From: a bacterium
GTDB lineage: Bacteria > JACRDZ01 > JAQUKH01
Assembly (NCBI GenBank): GCA_028719205.1
Contig: JAQUKH010000006.1
Coordinates: 62,001 to 92,853 of the forward strand
DNA: 30,853 bases
Direction of reading: 5' to 3'
The notes beneath the pieces are model-generated. The model did no database searches. It was given only the letters and a program-made list of their open reading frames with translations, and had not been told where the DNA came from. Position 1 is the first letter of the stretch. Each line of letters begins with the position of its first letter. Of the stretch, positions 26,497 to 30,853 are shown one piece after another. The position numbers were made by a program, and so were the translations under genes.

Positions 26497-27501
26497 ATGA
26501 AGAGATTGAAGTTAATAATTTTATTATTTTTAATATGTTTCCTGCAATTCAATAATGTTCTTTTTGCTGCTTTTGCCGACAACGCCTTTGCTTATTGCAG
26601 GCTTAATCTTGAGAAAAGCGGGAATCAGGATATTTTGGGTTTGGTAAATGATATTTTACAAAAAAGCCCGGAGAGCTCTTTAAAATATGATGCTATTTTA
26701 AAGGCTGTTTCTATAGTTTCTATTAAAGATATTAAAGGTTACGTGTTCCCTGAGAATAAAAACGGCCAACTGGATTATTTAGTAATTATTGATTTTTCTG
26801 ATAAATTTTCCATGGAGGTTGGAGGAAGAACAATTGAGTTTGAGATTAAGGATAAAGACAGCCTTGCGGCCGCGAGAATGGCTGCTGTGGAGAAATTGTT
26901 AAAGGAATCTTTGGGCGGGGACGCGAAATTAGGATCAATAGAGATCCTTCAAAATAAAATATTTTTTAACGAGGAAAAAGAAAATCACGGGGAATTATCT
27001 TCCTTTGTGACTATGCCCGGCAAGGTTATCCTGGCAAGCAGTAAGATATTGATCAGGGGATTTTTGAAAGAAGGTTTTATCAGCGGAGAAAAGATCGAGA
27101 GGTTTAGTGAAATTGTTAAAAAAGTACCTTTGCAAAAAGGAGGAGTTATATTTATTGATAATAAAAACGGGGATATTACGAAATTTGCCATAAAAATAGC
27201 GGCAAAAAAGAATGTTCAGGTGCCTGATATCTGGACACAGATAACAATGGCAGGTTTTTCTTTCGAGCAGGTAAACCCTGAAAAAATAAAAGCTAATTTA
27301 ACAGTTCAGGCTCCAAAAAAATTAAACGAGACAGTTGAAAAACAGATACAAACTCTAACAGCATATGAGGATCTGAAAATAAAAAAAGAAAACGATCCGC
27401 AAAATAATTATTTGTTTATTATGGCCGATTTTATTTGTAATAAGGATGTTATAGATAAATTGATTGGTGTGGATACCGGCGTTGTGAGAGGGCAAAAATG
27501 A
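26497..27501 (+). CDS. Secreted hypothetical protein
   Basis: 334-aa ORF with a signal peptide; ATGA overlap with rfbD. Confidence 0.7.
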   Translation: MKRLKLIILLFLICFLQFNNVLFAAFADNAFAYCRLNLEKSGNQDILGLVNDILQKSPESSLKYDAILKAVSIVSIKDIKGYVFPENKNGQLDYLVIIDFSDKFSMEVGGRTIEFEIKDKDSLAAARMAAVEKLLKESLGGDAKLGSIEILQNKIFFNEEKENHGELSSFVTMPGKVILASSKILIRGFLKEGFISGEKIERFSEIVKKVPLQKGGVIFIDNKNGDITKFAIKIAAKKNVQVPDIWTQITMAGFSFEQVNPEKIKANLTVQAPKKLNETVEKQIQTLTAYEDLKIKKENDPQNNYLFIMADFICNKDVIDKLIGVDTGVVRGQK

Positions 27502-28409
27502 AAATAGCTATAATTGGCGCTAATGGGATGTTGGGGGCGGATCTGTGTGAAATACTTCGCGGGAATAAAAAGTTTGAGGTGGTTCCGTTCTATGGGCCGG
27601 TAAGTGAAGGCATAGGGCATAGAGCAAAGGGCATAGAGCAAGACAAAGAAGTTATTATTGATATAACTAATCAAATAGAGACAGAAGCAGAAATTGTTAA
27701 GAGTAAACCGGATGTTATTATCCATACCGCGGCTTATACTGATGTTGACGGGTGTGAATTAAACAAAGAAAAAGCTTATCTAATAAATAGTACAGGGACA
27801 CAAAATGTTGCTTTGGCCGCGAAGAAAAGCGGGGCCTTTTTAATTTATATAAGCACTGATTATGTTTTTAACGGAGAAGGAAAACGCCCCTATAGGGAAA
27901 ACGATACACCTGATCCGATGAGTATTTATGGAAAGACGAAATTAGACGGAGAGAAATTTGTACAAAACATTTTAGAAGAATGGGCTATTATACGGATATC
28001 ATGGTTATTCGGTAAAAATGGTAAAAATTTTATAAAGGCAATTTTAAATCAAATGGCCAAGAGCCAAATTTTAAAAGTTGTTGATGACCAAATTGGTTCG
28101 CCCACTTATACTAAAGACCTATCTAAAGGTATAAATTATTTTATACAAAAAGGCTGCGAAACAGGTATATATCATTTGACTAATCAGGGATTTTGCAGCT
28201 GGTTTGAATTCGCGAAAAAGATCGTTGAGTTGACAGGAAATGCAGGAAAGATAACGGTTGAGCCGATTAATTCATTGCAATTAACCCGCCCGGCTAAACG
28301 GCCGCATAATTCTGTTTTAGAAAATTACGCGTGGAAGTCAAAAGGTTATCCGCTTCTTCAGAATTGGGAAGATGCGTTAAAAGAATATTTAAAAGAGGAG
28401 AAAAAATGA
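27498..28409 (+). CDS. rfbD: dTDP-4-dehydrorhamnose reductase
   Basis: GANGMLG, AAYTDVDGCE, ISTDYVFNG, YGKTKLDGE, VVDDQIGSPT, PAKRP. Confidence 0.93.
   Translation: MKIAIIGANGMLGADLCEILRGNKKFEVVPFYGPVSEGIGHRAKGIEQDKEVIIDITNQIETEAEIVKSKPDVIIHTAAYTDVDGCELNKEKAYLINSTGTQNVALAAKKSGAFLIYISTDYVFNGEGKRPYRENDTPDPMSIYGKTKLDGEKFVQNILEEWAIIRISWLFGKNGKNFIKAILNQMAKSQILKVVDDQIGSPTYTKDLSKGINYFIQKGCETGIYHLTNQGFCSWFEFAKKIVELTGNAGKITVEPINSLQLTRPAKRPHNSVLENYAWKSKGYPLLQNWEDALKEYLKEEKK
27607..27641 (+). repeat. Heptamer tandem repeat inside rfbD
   Basis: AAGGCAT AGGGCAT AGAGCAA AGGGCAT AGAGCAA. Confidence 0.75.
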
Positions 28410-29518
28410 ACGTTCCATTGGTAGATATGAAAGGCCAGTATAATTTGTTAAAGAAAGAGATCAATATGGCTGTGTTGAGAATTGTCGAGAGCGGTATGTA
28501 CATTGGTGGAAAAGAAGTAGAAAAATTTGAAGAAGAACTGGCCCGCCATTGTAACGCGAAATACGCAATTGGTGTTTCATCCGGCACGGACGCGTTATAT
28601 CTGGCATTGCGGGTATTTGATATCGGGCCCGGAGATGAGGTTATCAGTGTACCTTTTACATTTATGGCAACTACGGAAGCGATCTGTCTGACCGGCGCTA
28701 CACCTGTGTTTGTTGATATCGATCCGAAAAATTTTAACATGGATGCGAGTAAGATAGAAAAAGCGATAACTAAAAAGACCAGGGCGATAATGCCGGTTCA
28801 TTTATATGGGCAGGCGGCTGATATGGATCCGATAATGAAAATTGCAAAAAAATATAAACTGGTTGTTATTGAAGATGCCGCGCAGGCTATCGGCTCGGAA
28901 TATAAAGGTAAACAGGTCGGCAGTATCGGCGATATCGGTACTTTGAGTTTTTTTCCATCAAAAAATCTGGGTGCCTGCGGAGACGCTGGAGCGATATTAA
29001 CGAACAGAAAAGATCTGATCCGTAAACTTAAGATGCTCAGGGAACATGGTTCAGAGAAAAAATATTATCATGAATATGTAGGTACAAACAGCCGTCTGGA
29101 TGCCTTACAGGCGGCAGTCTTAAGTGTTAAATTAAAATATCTCGATGGCTGGACAAAAAAAAGAAGAGAATTGGCAAAGATCTATGACAACACGATCAAA
29201 CCGCAAAAAAATATGATCCTGCCGGCCGAAGAGCCTTATAATAAGCATATTTATAATCAATATACCTTGCGTGTAAAAAAGAGAGAAATTCTGCAAAAAT
29301 TTTTGCAGGCGAATGGTATCAGCAGTATTTCCTATTATCCGCTGCCTATGCATCTGCAAAAAGCCTTTAAGTTCCTGAAATATGAAAAAGGAGATTTTCC
29401 TGAGAGTGAAAAAGCCGCGAAAGAGGTTCTGTCTATTCCGATTTGGCCGGAATTGGGTGAAGAAAAGATAAAATTTGTTTCTGAAAAGATAATTGAATTT
29501 TGGAGTGGACATAAATAG
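28406..29518 (+). CDS. DegT/DnrJ/EryC1/StrS family sugar aminotransferase
   Basis: SSGTDAL, PVHLYGQ, IEDAAQA, SFFPSKNLGACGDAG, NSRLD. Start 28406 (GAGGAG RBS, ATGA overlap with rfbD). Confidence 0.93.
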   Translation: MNVPLVDMKGQYNLLKKEINMAVLRIVESGMYIGGKEVEKFEEELARHCNAKYAIGVSSGTDALYLALRVFDIGPGDEVISVPFTFMATTEAICLTGATPVFVDIDPKNFNMDASKIEKAITKKTRAIMPVHLYGQAADMDPIMKIAKKYKLVVIEDAAQAIGSEYKGKQVGSIGDIGTLSFFPSKNLGACGDAGAILTNRKDLIRKLKMLREHGSEKKYYHEYVGTNSRLDALQAAVLSVKLKYLDGWTKKRRELAKIYDNTIKPQKNMILPAEEPYNKHIYNQYTLRVKKREILQKFLQANGISSISYYPLPMHLQKAFKFLKYEKGDFPESEKAAKEVLSIPIWPELGEEKIKFVSEKIIEFWSGHK

Positions 29519-29671
29519 GCTTTTTATGTTAGTATCAAAAAACAATAAATAAAGCCATTCAGAAGAATTTAACGGCTACAGTCGTAAACGTGTTTCAAAA
29601 ATACTCAAAATTTGCAGTTTATATGTAGATATTCTAAAAGAAATTTTAAAGCTGATCGGGAGGTAAAGAAA

Positions 29672-30454
29672 ATGGATAATCCAGAGTATGAAAATGAAGA
29701 GATTAATATAAAGGAGATAATTGACGTTATTTTTAAAAGAAAAAAGATGTTTTTAGGTATAATGTTTTTTATTGTAATTTGTACAGTTGCAGTAAGTTTT
29801 TTTATTCCAAAAACTTATGAAGTCCAGGCGGTTATTCAGCGAGGAACTATTAATGCGCCTATTTTAAGTTATCCGGAAACAGTTACTATTTTAAAATCCA
29901 GTTTTTTCACAAAACCAATTTTCAAAAAATTAAATGTTGATATTTTGGAGGAAGAAAATATAGTAAAACAAATTAATATAGATAATATAAAAGATACCAA
30001 TTATTTTATAGTAACAATTAGATTAAAAGATAAGGAATTAAGTTATTTATTAATACAGGAAATAATTAACTCTTATATTGAATATGGAGCTGTACTTTAC
30101 AATATTCAGTTTAATTCAATAAAAAACAATATCAGCCAGTTTGAAAATTTAATAGAGAGAACTAATCTGGAAATAGATAGCGAATTGTCAAATAAAAAAG
30201 GGAATAATTTAAATGTAATTTTTCCTAATAATAAGGTGCAACTTAAAGATTTATTAACCCAAAAATTTCAACTTGAGAATCAATTGCTTTTCGCCAAAGA
30301 ATTTAAATTAATAAATGAGCCTGTTAAACCAAAAAAACCGGTTTCCCCGAAAAAGTTATCAATGGTTATTGTTTCTTTTTTTATAGCTTTTGTGATTAGT
30401 TTATTTTGTGTATTTTTGAGTGAAAGTCTGGAAAAAACAAAATCAAAAAGTTGA
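29672..30454 (+). CDS. wzz: Wzz/FepE-family polysaccharide chain-length determinant
   Basis: EEINIKEIIDVIFKRK, N-terminal TM helix, PKTYE, PxxPKKPVSPKK before a C-terminal TM helix; GGAGG RBS before ATG 29672. Confidence 0.8.
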   Translation: MDNPEYENEEINIKEIIDVIFKRKKMFLGIMFFIVICTVAVSFFIPKTYEVQAVIQRGTINAPILSYPETVTILKSSFFTKPIFKKLNVDILEEENIVKQINIDNIKDTNYFIVTIRLKDKELSYLLIQEIINSYIEYGAVLYNIQFNSIKNNISQFENLIERTNLEIDSELSNKKGNNLNVIFPNNKVQLKDLLTQKFQLENQLLFAKEFKLINEPVKPKKPVSPKKLSMVIVSFFIAFVISLFCVFLSESLEKTKSKS

Positions 30455-30484
30455 AAATATTTTTTGTAATTCGAGAACATTAAT

Positions 30485-30853
30485 GTGGATATTAAAAAAG
30501 AAATAATAAAAATTATAGATATTGAGATTGATTCTTTGTGCTCTCTCAGGAAAAGAATATGCCCGGAATTTGAAAAGGCCATCAATGCTATTTATAAATG
30601 CCGAGGGAAAATAGTTGTGACAGGCATGGGAAAATCAGGTGCCGCGGCGAAAAAAATAGCATCTACATTCTCCAGTACAGGGACCCCCGCTGTTTTTATG
30701 CATCCTGCCGAGGCCATGCATGGAGATCTGGGAATTATCTCCAAAGGGGATATCATTTTAGCAATTGGTAAAAGCGGAGAAAGTTCGGAGCTTACTAGCC
30801 TCTTTCCAGCCTTTAAAAAAATCAAGGTCAAATTAATTGTTTTAACTTCTAAT
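30485..30853 (+). CDS. kdsD: KpsF/GutQ family arabinose-5-phosphate isomerase, 3'-truncated by the window edge
   Basis: Not in the ORF track. Hand translation from GTG 30485: GKIVVTGMGKSG..AKKIASTFSSTGTPAVFMHPAEAMHGDLG. Confidence 0.88.
   Translation, partial: MDIKKEIIKIIDIEIDSLCSLRKRICPEFEKAINAIYKCRGKIVVTGMGKSGAAAKKIASTFSSTGTPAVFMHPAEAMHGDLGIISKGDIILAIGKSGESSELTSLFPAFKKIKVKLIVLTSN

Noticed and set aside
29519-29671. ops/JUMPStart element before wzz
   Set aside because: No GGCGGTAG core is present.
30592-30831. 79-aa minus-strand ORF
   Set aside because: It is an antisense shadow of kdsD.

Overview
AT-rich chromosomal window from a probably anaerobic, diderm bacterium (class III ribonucleotide reductase, KdsD, Wzz, lipoproteins). 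Most of it is housekeeping: a partial NHL/FN3/TPR protein, a TPR lipoprotein, a YgiQ radical SAM protein, a tRNA thiolase-like protein, CoaB, ChaN-PDZ, nrdD-redoxin-nrdG, pth-rplY-prs-glmU, glmS, and the start of a surface-polysaccharide cluster (rfbD, DegT aminotransferase, wzz, kdsD). Two accessory blocks stand out. (1) 12979-14922 holds a sensor-type diadenylate-cyclase-like gene plus a ParE/RelE toxin-antitoxin pair. (2) 20891-26328, directly downstream of glmS, holds two secreted tail-fibre-like paralogues flanking an 851-aa secreted protein. The paralogues share a near-identical 5' leader/signal peptide and C-terminal block. Their middles are unrelated modules of almost equal total length, each bounded by a GNVGIGT motif whose codons are nearly fixed (GGYATYGGGACGNCG). 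This looks like a module-shuffling surface-fibre system, preceded by a long leader with a uORF and a terminator-like hairpin. No recombinase, reverse transcriptase, transposase, CRISPR array, tRNA or rRNA was recognised. All calls are by eye, without database searches.
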